The translations under genes and the position numbers were made by a program. A stretch of DNA of 64,000 nt from Calcarisporiella thermophila CBS 279.70. Taxonomy: Eukaryota; Fungi; Calcarisporiellomycota. Shown here piece after piece: positions 37,899 to 51,600 of this stretch. The DNA is taken from NCBI RefSeq assembly GCF_041956535.1, contig NW_027192194.1, positions 550,545 through 614,544 of the forward strand. The letters are read 5' to 3'. Position 1 is the first letter of the stretch. Every line of letters starts with the position of its first letter. The notes under the pieces are model-generated. The model searched no databases. It saw only the letters and a list, made by a program, of their open reading frames with translations, and had not been told where the DNA came from.

Positions 37899-40800
37899 AT
37901 GAAGTTCGCCAAGTATCTGCGTGCGAAGGCGATACCAGAATGGCGTAAAAAATATATTGCATACAAAGTACTCAAAAAGCGGCTAAAAGACATTCATCGC
38001 GTCGTCGAGGCGGAGCTGAATGAGAAAGGGCATCGTCGATCGTTTGTGCTGCGATCAGGAGGATCTCCTGTGAGCTTTATATCGATGGACGAGGAGGCGA
38101 ATGAGGAGGGGGAAAGAGAACGGCCAGTGTCTCCGGTTTCAATTCGAACACGAGGGAAAATGCCGGAGGGATACCGCTCAAGCAAGCTGAGGAAACCATT
38201 TCTTCCAAGTACATAAAATGCAGAATTTGTTAATTTTGCGTTTAGGACTAATGCGATACATCCACTTTTTCAGTAGTGACAAGGCGACTTCACAAGCCTA
38301 CACAGGAACTCCCTTTCGAAATTATGCTGATGCATGTCTCGCCCGAGGAGAGGCAGTTCTTCAATTGCATGGAGAATGAGATAGAGAAAATTAATGAATT
38401 CTTCAACGGTATTAATAGGATGCTCACACAGAAAAATCAATCAATTTCTTCTAACTGAAATTCGAACCTCTGTCTATCTAGATAAGGAGGATCAAGCTTT
38501 CGAGAAGCTTCTCATGATCATTGACCAAATAAGGGTCGTAGAGCTTCATCAAGCAAGGCACAAGGTAAGTGACATGTATACACAGACTTTTTACAGAGCT
38601 TAACTTTTTCATTTCGCTTGTAGCGACGTGCCTCCAACCCAGCAGATCGAACGATTGCATCCTACAGCTGGTTAATTAACACTGTTATCAATTGGTTTTC
38701 TTCCACCAACCGAGCCCTAGATTTAATGGGACAAAAGCACCAGGATTCGTCTGCAACTTCACAGAATTCTGAGGATTTTGTAGAACAGACTATCAATTAT
38801 CGAATGGCAAAAAGCCGGATCAAGCACGCTATGGTTGAGTTCTATCGCGGATTAGAGATGTTGAAGAACTATCGAGTAACTAAAATTAAAACAATGAATA
38901 CAAAGTAGTCAACTTACAAATGGTACTATTGCCCGTATAGACATTGAATCAAATGGGGTTCGCAAAGATTCTTAAAAAGTTTGACAAGGTATGTGTCCAG
39001 ATCTATTTCCAGCCTATGTATATCGACAAGTTACAAATGAGTTGTGTAGATTGCCCGATGGAATGCAAGCGATTATTATATGGAAAAAGTAAATTCACAG
39101 TCATTCATCACCTCCAGAGTTTTGGAAGATATCATTAAGCAAGTCGAAGTAAAATCGCCTCCTAGATGAAAAAATATTCTCCAAATTTGAAAACTAATAC
39201 TTTTGGATAGAATGTTTTTGTGGTGTATTTTGCAGGAGGAAATAGGAAGAAAGGGATGAGCCGATTACGAGTAGATAAGTTAGAGAAGGTGAGCTCAAAA
39301 TTGATAGAATATTTAGAATAAGCGCTCACACATACATATTTGGATAGCAACATAACCTGTGTACCTGGAGAGTAGGGTTGTACATGGGATTTGCATTGCC
39401 AATTCTCATTCAAGGAGTAATGAAAGGTAGTCTAGTTTATAAAAATCTGAAAGGAAGAAGATAATAATCTCTTTATTTTACTATTGCAAAATAGCCATAG
39501 ATGCAAGGGCTGGCACAACTTCATCCACGCAATTTATCCTGTTTGAAATCTACGCTGCATTTCTTTTACCTGTTATCTTCTTGCTTCTCGTCGCTGTAAA
39601 CGCTTATTTTTGGACGAAATATCGTATCAATTACCGATTTATATTCGAGCTCGATCCGCGAAATTATTTGGATTATCAGCAGCTTTTCGAGGTAAGTAAA
39701 TTCCTAGGCTATGATGCACTAGATTATTATAAATTGCTCATGACCAAACGCACTTTTATCCATAATCACTCGATTTAGCTCCCAGCATTAATATTAGCAC
39801 TGTATGCTTGCGCATTTTATCTCTCGTTTTCAGACGTTCTTCAACCGTGGATACCTCCGACCGTATATCCGATTATTTGGTTCACCATTGTTGCCGGCAT
39901 TCTCATACTTCCGTTCCCCGTGCTATATCATCATGCGAGAAAGTGGATCCTCAATTCCTTTGTTAGTATATTGCCTATCACCTGCCAAGCAGACTAGATT
40001 GAATTACTTCTAATCCACTTGGCATCTATGATCTGCAGGGGAGAGTTATAGCTAGCTTTTGGTATCGGGTGGAGTTTCGGGATTTTTTTATTGCAGATGA
40101 ACTCAACAGCTTGACGTATTCGATTCAGCGGCTACCTCTGTTTTTGTGTGTTTATGCAATCGATTTTGATAATCCAGGTAAGTGGAAGCAGATATATCCA
40201 CTTTGATTAGCTCCTTTCCCACACCCTTTTCCTTTTTCAATATTACAGGATCAAATTGTAACTGGGACAATGCGTGGCAATCAATTGCGCTGGGTGCTGT
40301 CCCAGCTTGGTGGCGGTTTCTACAATGTCTGCGACGTTATCGAGACACCAGTGAATCCTTCCCTCACTTGTTCAATGCTGCCAAATATTTTTTCGGGATG
40401 GCGGCCAATGTGCTCGGAGGAGTTTACTTTGTAACTGGTATGCTCTCTGTTTTACTTAGTTGAAAGGTGTCTCCTAGACTCTCTTTTGCTGATAGGTCAC
40501 TTCAAAATACGCCCAGTATGGACATCATGTCGTATCATAGCAACGCTTTATGGGTGTGCCTGGGATATCAGAATGTAAGCTGCAATGCTACTCAACTTTA
40601 CGCCATAGAATTTTAATAAAAGCTCTTCGATACTAGGGATTTTGGATTACTCCAGCCGAACAGTAAGCATTTTCTTCTGCGTGATGAGATTGTATTCCCG
40701 AAGTGGACCTATTACGCGGCAATCCTGGCAAATATATTACTCCGGTGGTCATGGCTGCTTGGAGAGTGGGGATTCCCATGGATCGACATTCAGATATTTG

Positions 40801-41278
40801 CATTCTTAGTTGCTCTAGGCGAGGTTTTACGGAGGTTCATCTGGAATTTCTATCGATTAGAAAACGAGGTAGGTTTCGCCAAAGCTGTCCTCATGCACCC
40901 CGCTACTAACCTCAGATTGCCCTTTCTTTTTCCATTCAGCATACAAATAACTGTGGTCAGTTCCGTGCCATCAAAGAGATTCCTCTTCCTTTCAAGATTA
41001 GTACCGTTCCATCCAGTGCCGAAGAAAATGCATTGTCCACTGACACGGAAGCAGCTCTCTTCCCTTCAACACAACTGACATCGCCTACACTTGTCTCGAC
41101 GGATCCGCAGTCCGGTCTACCTATTGCGGGCTCTTCAGCTCCTCCCGCCAAGTCGCCTCTACTGAAGAAATTCTACAGCTTTCGTGATTACGAGAATAGG
41201 ATATCCGATCGCTGGCTTATGGAGCGTGAATTTATAGACGGAGGCTCGAATGCAACCACTTTCCAAGGAAGAAATTAA
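37899..41278 (+). CDS. SYG1: SPX-EXS phosphate exporter (SYG1/XPR1)
   Basis: MKFAKYL...[84 protein letters not shown]|H, CGQFRA; about 14 introns. Confidence 0.95.
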
Positions 41279-41596
41279 ATATTTTGATTCTTATTTTCAT
41301 TGTATTATATTTTTTTCACGTTCTGCCTGTATTTTCTATCCAAGCATATCACCAATTATCACCATTTTAGAGAGAAAGGAAAAAAAAAATAGGTACATCC
41401 ATGTGTACTATGAAATCGGTTATAAATTTTGCACGTTACCTCTTTTCACCCTTTTATGACAGTTAATTTTTCAATCTTCCAAGTGTATCTGAAATCTAAC
41501 TACTTTCTTATTTGTATAACTAAGCGATTCATCCTTTCTTCTTGGTCCTTCTTGCATTGTCACAGAAACATTCACAAATAGATTCCCACAGGACCA

Positions 41597-43261
41597 ATGT
41601 CAATACCAAATTCTCGTCCTTCTCATTCCCGTCGTCGATCCGAACGTTCCAAATCTACCAAATACCGAGAGATCCACAGCATTACCGGGCGTGTCCAATA
41701 TTTACCGGTTGACGATGAGGCCGGCGGGGGTGGAGGATTCTATGGGCAGTGCCAACCTGTGCATCGGTATGAGAAACTCAATCAAATTGGTGAAGGAACT
41801 TATGGCGTTGTATATCGCGCTCGCGATCGCCAAACGAACGAGATAGTCGCACTCAAAAGGATCAGAATGCAAAACGATAATGATGGGATGCCGGTTTCAA
41901 GTATACGAGAAATTAGCTTACTTCAGAAGCTTAAGCATCCTAATGTAGTGAGTGTATTGGACATCGCGGTGGGAAAAGAGCTCGATCAGGTATTCATGGT
42001 TATGGAATATTGCGAGCAGGTAACGATCATTGAGATATATAAGCTCGAGGGCGAATTCCTTTGCTTACCAATGATTTTTTGCTCTAGGATTTAAGTACAC
42101 TCATGGACACCGTGGAAAAACCATTTCAACCATCAGAAAGTAAATATTGATCGTATTGAACACGGATCAGATTTTTCTTTATTAATCACGTTCATTTAAT
42201 TAGTTAAATGCCTAGTGAGACAGCTCCTAGAGGGTCTTAAATTCATCCACGAGAACTATGTAATACACAGGTAGATAGTGGACATTGAAAGCTTCCCGTC
42301 TCAGCAAAACGTTTAAAGTCGTATATAATATTTTAAATAGGGATCTGAAGATGTCCAATTTACTTCTAAATTCTCGCGGAATATTGAAGATTGGTAAGAC
42401 AAATGATTCTATGGTCAATTACCTCGTTTTTTAGGATACTTAACTGTATAAAACTTTTCAGCGGATTTCGGCCTGGCGCGAGTGTATGATAATAAGCCGC
42501 GTCCTATGACACCGCGGGTAGTGACACTATGGTATCGTCCTCCAGAGCTACTCTTAGGTGAAGAGAATTATACTACTGCAGTCGACATGTGGTCTGTTGG
42601 GTGTATTTTTGCAGAATTTCTCCAAGGGAAACCAGTGCTGCCTGGTAAGACGGAACAACAGCAGCTGGAGTTAATTGTGAATCTACTGGGTGCTCCTAAT
42701 GAAAAGATTTGGCCAGGAATGCATAAATTGCCTCTCGCGAAATCAATCAGCTTCCCAAACTCTAAGTTAGTATATGATGGCTCACAGTTGATATTCGAGA
42801 TGACTAACTCTTATAACGGGGATATAGGGACAATAATCTATTGATTAGATTTCCAAATGCCACCAGTGAAACTATTAAATTTCTCAATGCATTACTCTGC
42901 TATGACCCGAAACGCCGACTGAAAGTGTGGGAGGCGCTCAAGCATGGATATTTTTCGGAATATCCAAGAGGTAAATATTTATCATCTTTTTCATTCCTTT
43001 TTACCCACTGAACGCTAACCAACGCTATGTTGCTTCTTTCTAGCAAAAGAAGCAGCTCTACTACCAACTTATCCAGAAATTAGAAACAAACAGGATCATA
43101 TGTAAGTTTCATTTTCTAGGCTACTACGGCATCACAAAATGCTAACAATATCTCTTCATTTGATCTATAGACAAAGGAAGAAAGAAGAATATAGAAAACG
43201 TGCCCGTGAGGCAGACAAAAACGCCGCCTTAAACCAAGGGTTAAAGAGACGAGTCGTCTAA
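41597..43261 (+). CDS. CDK10: Cyclin-dependent kinase of the CDK10/11 family, CDK10-like
   Basis: [21 protein letters not shown]-helix [10 protein letters not shown] (CDK10 PISSLRE type), [35 protein letters not shown]; 7 introns. Confidence 0.82.
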
Positions 43262-43588
43262 AATGAATAGGGCGGATGATATGATGATATGCTACAATAC
43301 TATCTATTCTGTTAATTTTTGTACGTTTATTTGGGTTTCGTTTTAATGTCCCATTTAAGACATTTGCGTGGCTTCGGAATTTTGGTAAAAATTTAAAAAA
43401 TTTTTATCTCCTTTATTTCTCCGTTTCCAATCATCCTTTCATTGATTGTTGAATCTATTTTTAAAAACAACCATTTCTGAACTCATTTCTTCATTCCTGC
43501 TCTCCATTAATTCTTCTTTCTCTTTGAAACCAGCGTTCTTGTTTATTTTTGCATATTTTAAATTACTTAATTAAAAGAACTAGCTACC

Positions 43589-44832
43589 ATGTCTGGTATC
43601 CAGTTTGGCAAATTCGATGGCGTTTGCCAGATGGTAATGCTCCCATTATGTCCACTCATTGGTCCAAGTACAAATAATCGTGTCGATGGCGTTGAAGCAC
43701 TTTGTTATAGTCGCAATGTAGGTTACATAGATGCCAACGCCAAATTCTCGATTATTAATTATTTTTGTAGATTGAAATAGCACAGGCTTTAATCTTCCAG
43801 CCTGCTACACTTATTATTCACATAATCGCTCTTATAATGACATCCATTATGATCTATCATATCAAATCCAAGTACACAGCAGTTGGTAAGATCTATTCAA
43901 TTGCCTTCAGATATTACTTGTGATACTGAATTATTTCAATTTATAGGTCGAAAGGAGATGGTCATGTTTTTCTATCTTTATATGATAACAACGTTCCTTG
44001 AATTTCTTCTCGTAGGCGGCATTATCCCTACGGCAACGAACGTGTATCCTGTAAACTATCTTATGACTCTCAAGAGCTTGACTGGGTCTGTCTAATAATA
44101 ACCTCTTTTATCTAGTACTTCGTAGCAGCTCATATCGGGCTCATCTCCGCAACTTTCTGGTGCCTTATGCTTAATGGCTTTGTAGGCTTCCAGTTTGCTG
44201 AAGATGGAACTCCCTGGTCACTCTGGGTATGTATATTTTTGTTCTCCCGTACCACAATTAATCTTTATTTTACGCTGACAATAATTTTTGGAAATGAAGT
44301 CTATTCGTATTAGTTCATTTGTGGTTTTCGCAGTGGCGATGTTCATCTCCATTGCCACTTTCCAGCCCATTCGAGGATTTAGTCCTGAAAATCCTGTTGT
44401 CCTCTGGGTTATCTACTTTATCTTTAATGGGCTCTTGCTCCTAGTATACGTGGTGAGCCAAATTGTGCTTGTATTGAATACTTTGGATGATCGATGGCCT
44501 TTGGGTGATATCTCCTTTGGAGTATTGTTTTTCGCCATTGGACAAGTGGTGCTATTTGCCTTCTCGCGACAAATCTGCGAGACAGTGAAGCACTATATTG
44601 GTAAATATTTTTTTCGGAGACGCGGATTTAATGGAACATGGACTTACATACTTAATTTGTAGATGGGCTCTTCTTCGGCACAATATGCAATTTACTTGCG
44701 GTGATGATGGTTTACAAATACTGGGATTCAATCACAAAAGAGGACCTCGAGTTCTCTGTGGGTAACAAGCAGAATGTGTGGGAGATCAAGGAATTGCTCG
44801 GTGACGATGAGCAGTCACACTACAACTACTAG
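43589..44832 (+). CDS. CHS7: Chitin synthase export chaperone
   Basis: [21 protein letters not shown]|[31 protein letters not shown]|[23 protein letters not shown]. Confidence 0.96.
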
Positions 44833-45118
44833 AAACCACTTTATTTCTCTTTTATCTTTTATTTCCTGTTTTGTTCGTAAATAATTCCTCTTTACTTGTC
44901 TCTACCATTCCCCCTCCCCCCCTTTTTTTTTATATTCATTTATGCCAGAAGATCTTTTGCAATAAGTTCTCTACATATTATTATCAATAACAAATCCTCT
45001 CTGCTCGTATCCGATTTGCAAAAAAAGGGAAACTTTATTTCCCGACGAACACGAAAAAGCGAAAAAAATATTAAAAACACCTAGGATTTAAAGCGACATT
45101 GGATTATTCCTGTAGATT

Positions 45119-46503
45119 ATGGGCGACATTCATCCCTCGCTTGTCCTCCGTATACTCCACCATCTTGCGCCCACCGCTTCGAAGACTCATAATCCGCCGA
45201 ACGATTTACGTGAACTACTCGATATCTGCCTTACACATGTGTCTCAGCGCTGGCGCTACTTGGATTGCACTACTCTTCCCCCCTCTCCGCAGCTCTTCTT
45301 CACTCCATCACAGAATGGCAATGGCGAAGGGATGAGTAATATAATTTCTGGCATAGGGTGCGAATTATCGTCCAATGTGGACAGAAAAGACGTGCATTTA
45401 AGATTGCGATGGCGACATCCTGAGAGGGAAGAAAAAGAGGCTGAGCTAGAGCGTGTCGGTATGATCTCAGTTCCCGATTTGCCAATTGACAAAAGAGAGG
45501 GTAATATGGCAAATGAGGCCAGGTTAGAAGTTGAAGGCGTGCTTAATGGGACACTGGAATGGATGCGTACGGCTGGAATGAGCGAAAAAATAGTAGAGAA
45601 CTTGCAGGGAATAGTCAAAAAAAGACTCGAAAGAGATAGTGAATCTAGAAGAAGTAAGTCATTTTATAATTTTTTTTTATTTTCTCTGCTTCAACATAGG
45701 TGAAATTAGGTGAAGTCTAGGCGTGTTTTTGATTTTTTTTTATATTTCAATTATTCTATAGGGATAGAGGAACGATTAAACTCTCTTCCTCCTGATTTCC
45801 GAGCAGCCCTTGCTGCCGTTGTGATGCGCACAAAGTCGACAAAGACACGGCATATCCTCTATCTTAAAGATTTTTCCAACAGCGAATGGAGGCTTTACAC
45901 AGACAATCCTAGTGATGTAGGGAGTGGCGCAATTGTATGTCCTTTTTTTCAAAGGAGTTATATACATCTCCATACGCTATGAGTTTTCAACTGATTATGG
46001 TTTTTGTGATCCAGATGTCGGAGGATAATGTGATGAGTCTTGTGCATGGAAATTTCGACCAAGATAAAAGTATTCTGGAGCCTCGGTGGCTGTTTTATTT
46101 AAGTGAAGAGACAATCGCATCAAGTAAATGGAGCCCCCTTTAAAGTTGTATTTGCTATAAAACCACTTACTTCTTACCTTGATTTATAGTGCGCGCCGAC
46201 CAAAATAAACAATCACTGCAACATTCAACCATTCCTGAAGAAACAGAGGATCTCGAAAACCAGGATTATATTGCTGCCAACGGCAATTGCTATTTCGAGG
46301 AGGATATCATTGCGTGTCGCGTCTGCCAAGGTTGTGACGAGGCTCCTGGCAACAAAATATTTCTCTGCGACGACTGTGATAATCCCATCCACCAGCTTTG
46401 CCAGAAGCCGCCTATACGCGATGAGGAGGAGGCTCTTGATCCTTGGTACTGCGAGGAGTGCCTGACAAAACGGAAACGGCCGAAGCTCTCGACCAATACT
46501 TGA
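45119..46503 (+). CDS. PHD-finger protein with unrecognised N-terminal region
   Basis: C4HC3 finger CRVC...LCDDC...HQLC...WYCEEC at the C-terminus, then basic KRKRPK; three frame-compatible introns. Confidence 0.75.
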
Positions 46504-46642
46504 TTTATCCGCTCCACCTTTTGCACACATGTTATTTGTGATATACTTTTATGAACGGAATGCGTCCTTTTTTTTAGACTAGAATATTCTATATTCATTT
46601 TGTAATTATGAAAAAAGACGGGTGTATAAATAGAAAATCCTC

Positions 46643-48672
46643 TCAAGCTTTCAAAAATGGCCAAAACGTCCACATGCGCTCCACGGTACGCAACCGCTGC
46701 TGCACTTCGAGCTGCATCTTCTCTAGATCCCGCAAATCCTCCAAAAAGAGCGTCCGTTTTTCGGTCGGGAGCTCGGCACTCAGCGTCCTCAACAAGTGAA
46801 CCTCACACAGCAGCATTCCTTGGTCCTTGAATTTGAGTCGTTCGCCAGGCTTGCTCTGGATGAGAAGCCGCTCGATTTGGCGCAGCGTGTATCGCATTGG
46901 ATCCCGCACCTTGCCCAGCGCCAGCCCTGCCCGCTTCCGATAGATTCGCATCAATTGGGAGCCCGAGAAGTAGAGCAAGAGAAGGGATGGGCCCACCGCC
47001 AAAAAGGCAAAGTTCAATTCGTTGGCCCTAAGCAATTTATCCAGCGCTGCCATGGCAAGCTCTAGATCCACCTTGGCCTTTTGCACTTGGATCAATAGCA
47101 TTTCGACCAAGTTGCCGCGTGCCACGCTCTTGAGAGGAGTTTTGATTTCTGACTCGTAAACCCGCAACACTAGCGACATGTCGCCATCACGTACGCGTTG
47201 CGCAATGGTATCGAGCTCAGCATCAGAAAGATGATAATGTTGGCGGGCAAAATTCATCACCATCCGTTCGAGGGAATCCAGATCGGAGCGCAGGCTTTCT
47301 GGCCCAAGAAGACCGAGTTCTCCTTCGCGGTGGCGAATCGTTTCCCACACTTTCCGCATTGGATTGTAGACCCAGTTGACAATAAACCCATTCAATGTCT
47401 CGCGCGCTTCCACCATCCATTTTACAATATCGCTTCGGCGTACATATGCGTACTTGATGATAGTGCGACCCACAAAATACGTTGCGATGCAAGGAAGCCA
47501 GCAACGAGTAAACAGTGAAGGGCGACCATATAATGAAACGAGATGATTAGAACGGTGCTCAAAAGCAGGAAGAGTAGTGGTGATTAACTCGCGAAGTAAA
47601 GAATGTATTTCTCGAGAGGAGTATTCGACATCTTGATCGATTGCTAAAGCAAGTGTCAAGAGCCATGGTTAGATCAAAAAAAAAAGCAGGTTGTAATGAT
47701 TGTACCCTCGTGGTGCTCTTCACCATAACATGCATCTTTTGGTTCGACTTCCACGTTTGTCACGTGTTCTAGCTCGCTTTTCATCACTTTGATGCTAGCG
47801 CTTATTTTCTGCAATATCTTCTCTCCCTTCTTCGGAGCAAGTTGCATCCCATATTCACTTAAGAATCCTAGACAACTAGACTGCATCTTCCGCAACTCTA
47901 CTAATGTATTACGATTGTGCCGAACTTCGTAGCGTGCCATTGAAAACACAGAGAATGTAGGACGGGACTCCAGGCGGCGGTGGAGATGTTTAGGGAATAA
48001 GGGAAGTAGTAGAGAATGAGGCGTGGAGAAGGCGCGTTGAAGAGCGGTAGAGATTGCAGTAGAAGTAGGAAGATTGGAAGATAAGGCCAAGATGGAGTGT
48101 ACGAGGGTAGATACAAAAGACGCTACGCGCGCTGGGGTGGCTATCAAGTATTTGGAATTAAAATATGAGATATATCTTTGTGAATCGGTAAATCACTTGC
48201 TTTGTAAAATATAGTAGAGGACGCGAAACTGGCTCCCTCGTAGAGTTTCCCAGTAAAAAATGTCTTCGCTAAGCGGCAACGTTGCACTTAGTAATTTGTC
48301 TAATACATTAACATACACCGCAACAGTGCATTTTGCCAAAAATAGCAGCTCCAACTCCTTCAAATCTTCTCGTGTAATATCTTTACTCTCAACCTCTTCA
48401 CTCTGAATCATAAAAGCTGGGCCAATTTTGTCGAGTTGTCGCAAAACATCTGAATGAAGATTTGGTAGTGTAGGGGTATCGAGATTAATGCACTCAATGG
48501 CGCGCTGAAGATCTCGAGCACGTTGATAAACTGGATGGTCGAGAGAAGCTGGCGTGGTGCGTAAGAGCGCAAAAATGCGACCAGCAGCGGAGTGATTCTC
48601 GATCCGCTCCAATCGAAAAAGATCAAGTAGTTGGGCATTTAGTTGCCGCTGGCGATCCAGCACAAAACTCAT
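46643..48672 (-). CDS. NCA2: ATP synthase regulation protein NCA2
   Basis: DIFYW, YGRPSLFTRCWLP, NWVYNP...TIRH, SDLDSLERMV, YESEIKTP, LLIQVQKAKVD, LLRANELNF. Confidence 0.92.
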
Positions 48673-48977
48673 AGCTGAAGTCGATTTCGAAAGAACAACA
48701 ACATAGGGCGCCTTAATGGAAAATCTAGATACTAACAATTGTGTCCCAAATTAGTAAATTAGAATTTTGGAGGAATCTGAATCGAATTCAGTTAAGTCCT
48801 TGAGTTTGAGGAGTGTACCTTAGGCGATATGTAAATGCTGAGAGAATTTAGCTTGGCATATTAAATGTGAACTTAGAAAATTACGTACTAATCTTGAATT
48901 TAAATATGAAGCAATAAATAAATATCAATATACATTGCAAACTGACCCACGGAGCAACTTAAATAAAACAAATCAAT

Positions 48978-49219
48978 CTATTGTAATTGTTTGAAAAAAG
49001 CATCGAACTCGTTTATATCCTTAGGCATCTGCGTTCCGAAATACAGGTTGGCTGATTCATTAGTCTGGGTCGTGGATATTTTGGACAACAAAGAATGCAC
49101 GCTTCCAATTTGCTCTAAAGAGGGCATTAGTGAAGAGACGTCGGTTGGTACTACATCCAACATAAAATTGGATGGAGTAGTAGTATTGTTGGAAATTGCC
49201 TGAGGCAAATGAGTTGGAG

Positions 49220-49263
<44 letters not shown>

Positions 49264-51600
49264 GTATGTTGAAAAAGCCATAGTGCATCGAATAAATAGC
49301 TGTCAGATGCCGACGCCATGGCTGGCACTGGTGGGGTGCCCATGCAAGAAAGCATTCCTTGAGGAGAATGTAAACTAGGCTGAGTAGAAGCTGATGCTGT
49401 AAGAGATATGTCGAACGATTCAGGAGCTATGGTTGTAAACAAATTTAAACATCCAAAAATTAAACCTAGCCTCAAAAACGATTATTTCATTTGAAAAAGG
49501 CCATTACCTGTGAATTCAAACGGTTCTTCTTTGATCAAATTATTTGGTTGTGCATAGGATTGCTCTGACTTAGTGGATATGGATTTCAGCTCCTTATTCA
49601 GCTTCGTTTCATCCAGATCTCCGCCCTCAACTAAGACAAATCCCCATTTCTGAACAAAATCCATTAAATAGCTGAGAAACTCTCGTGCGAAAGAGTGGAC
49701 ATCTTTCAGTTTGTTTAGCACAAAGACCGCTTTCATAATATCGGAATGGAGCTGTGCAGGCGGTATTTCAATGACTTCAGCATACTTGATCTCGAAAAAG
49801 ATGGCAGTAAACACCTCGTACAAACGTGAATCCGGGGCTATAGGGTTGCTCGCCTTATATTTGTGGTGAGCAAGTTCGAGGATGGCTCTTGCCCCCTCGC
49901 AGCAGAACTGGATAGATGCGGAAATATTGTCAGAATAGGGTTTGGATTTTTCTTCACGCGAGGACGGTATGAATGATCGATGCAGCAAAATTAGGCAGGC
50001 GTTATAGAGAATGTGGAGACTACAAACAATCGGGTCAAGGGTGTTTCTCTGAGAGGAAGAGATGAAGAAATTCCCAGGAAGCTGAAGACGAGGCGGTAGT
50101 TGTTTTAGCCAGGCAACCAATGAATTGTGCAGCGACGAGACAATGACATACGGATTACGCTTTAGTAATACACTACGCATTGCTGGAAGGGAGTAAATGT
50201 TCTTCAATATACGTCCTAGAAGTTCGTACAGCTGTATAAAATAGCTAAAATCCGAAATTATGTGTGAGGAGCTCGCTCCACCAAAAGAAAAGGAAGAGGG
50301 CCCGGCTGGCCAAGGCCCCTCCTCATCCTCCTCTTGTAAACGAGGAACGTCGAACTCGTGTTCGTTAAATGTGACGGGGTGACCTAATCGAGCAGAAAGT
50401 TGGATGTCCAGCACAAGAGCGCACCAGAATATGCGCTTTCGGTTTTTCTGCTCTTCGGCGTCTAGGTTGGGTAGTTTGCGATGCAACCCAATTTCTATGA
50501 TCATTCGAAATGCCTAAAGCCAACCATACTAATCAGTCCCAGAGTTATAAAGTAAAAAAGTTATAAAGTAATACCATTCCCGCATAAAGCCATGCACGAC
50601 CTGGCCAGTAAACCCCTGGAAGAAAATACGCATAGATTAGTAGCGCTTGGATTTTCTCGGTATACGTGTCACTCTCTAGGTTTAACAGCGATTTTGCCCT
50701 TTCGGCAAAGAGCCCTCCAGGGATACTGGGATCTTCAGTGGCCGCATAATTGCTTAATCGTGGGTCGTTGGAAATTTTGGCCGCAACTCCATAAAGAACA
50801 TTGAGCAGCATCAGCCCAGTGTTTGACAAGTCTTTGTAGGGATCTTTCATGAACTTTGAACGGTCTATCACAGGGAAAATCGGGTGGAAAGAAGTGAAAT
50901 AAATATCGAGAAGGTGGTCGGAGAGGTCGCGCGGAATAATCTCAGTAGGGTTGATGTCGCTTTGATATCGTGGCTCATTTCTACAATGAGAATCTGCCGC
51001 ATTTCTAGGATAGAATGGGAAGTTCTGCCAGATCTTATCTTTTAGTTGATAAATACCGCTTGAGGAGCCATGAAAATGTTTTACGCCAAAATTATCCATT
51101 GTCACATGAGATTTTTCATTGCTGATATTGAATTCCTCGATTGAATCGAGAAGTGCGCCAATTTCAGGTTCATTGAGATTGTCAGATATCAAGGGAGAAA
51201 TTTCCGTGGATGGAGGAGAAAAAGTGCCTTTGTTCTCATGAGAAGGGGAGAGATCGGACGAGACCTGAGTAGGACGATTGAGAACCGAATCTTTCGACGA
51301 TTTTTCAAATGGAGCAGTAAGTTCTGAGATCAGGCCGCGGATTTTGGGATCGGATGTGTCTAAAAGGTCATTGAGGACTGATTCAACACGTTTAAGGCGC
51401 GCTTCAATGGCTTCAATGTAGCCTTTAGGTGGGCCACGTTTTCGCACTATGTTTTCATGACTACATTCAATCCCGGCTAAGTGGCACTTGCCGCAGATCG
51501 GATAAGCTGTATCACATCTTATCCTCCTCATCCGGCATTGATCGCAAGCTCGTTTGATGCGCTGTCTTGACGAAGTTTTTTCCCTTTCTAATTTCGGCAT
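48978..51600 (-). CDS. Zn(II)2Cys6 transcription factor with Fungal_trans domain (TF-B, paralog of TF-A)
   Basis: ACDQCRMRRIRCDTAYPICGKCHLAGIEC, RKRGPPKGYI, YFTSFHPIFPVID, RKRIFWCALVLD; 2 introns. Confidence 0.93.
49221..49262. repeat. (TTGCTG)7 microsatellite encoding polyQ in TF-B
   Basis: Perfect hexamer repeat that reads (CAG CAA)7 on the minus strand. Confidence 0.95.

Noticed and set aside
38182-38273. GC donor in SYG1 intron 1
   Set aside because: A same-phase GT donor at 38209 gives a typical 65-nt intron, so GC-AG is not required.
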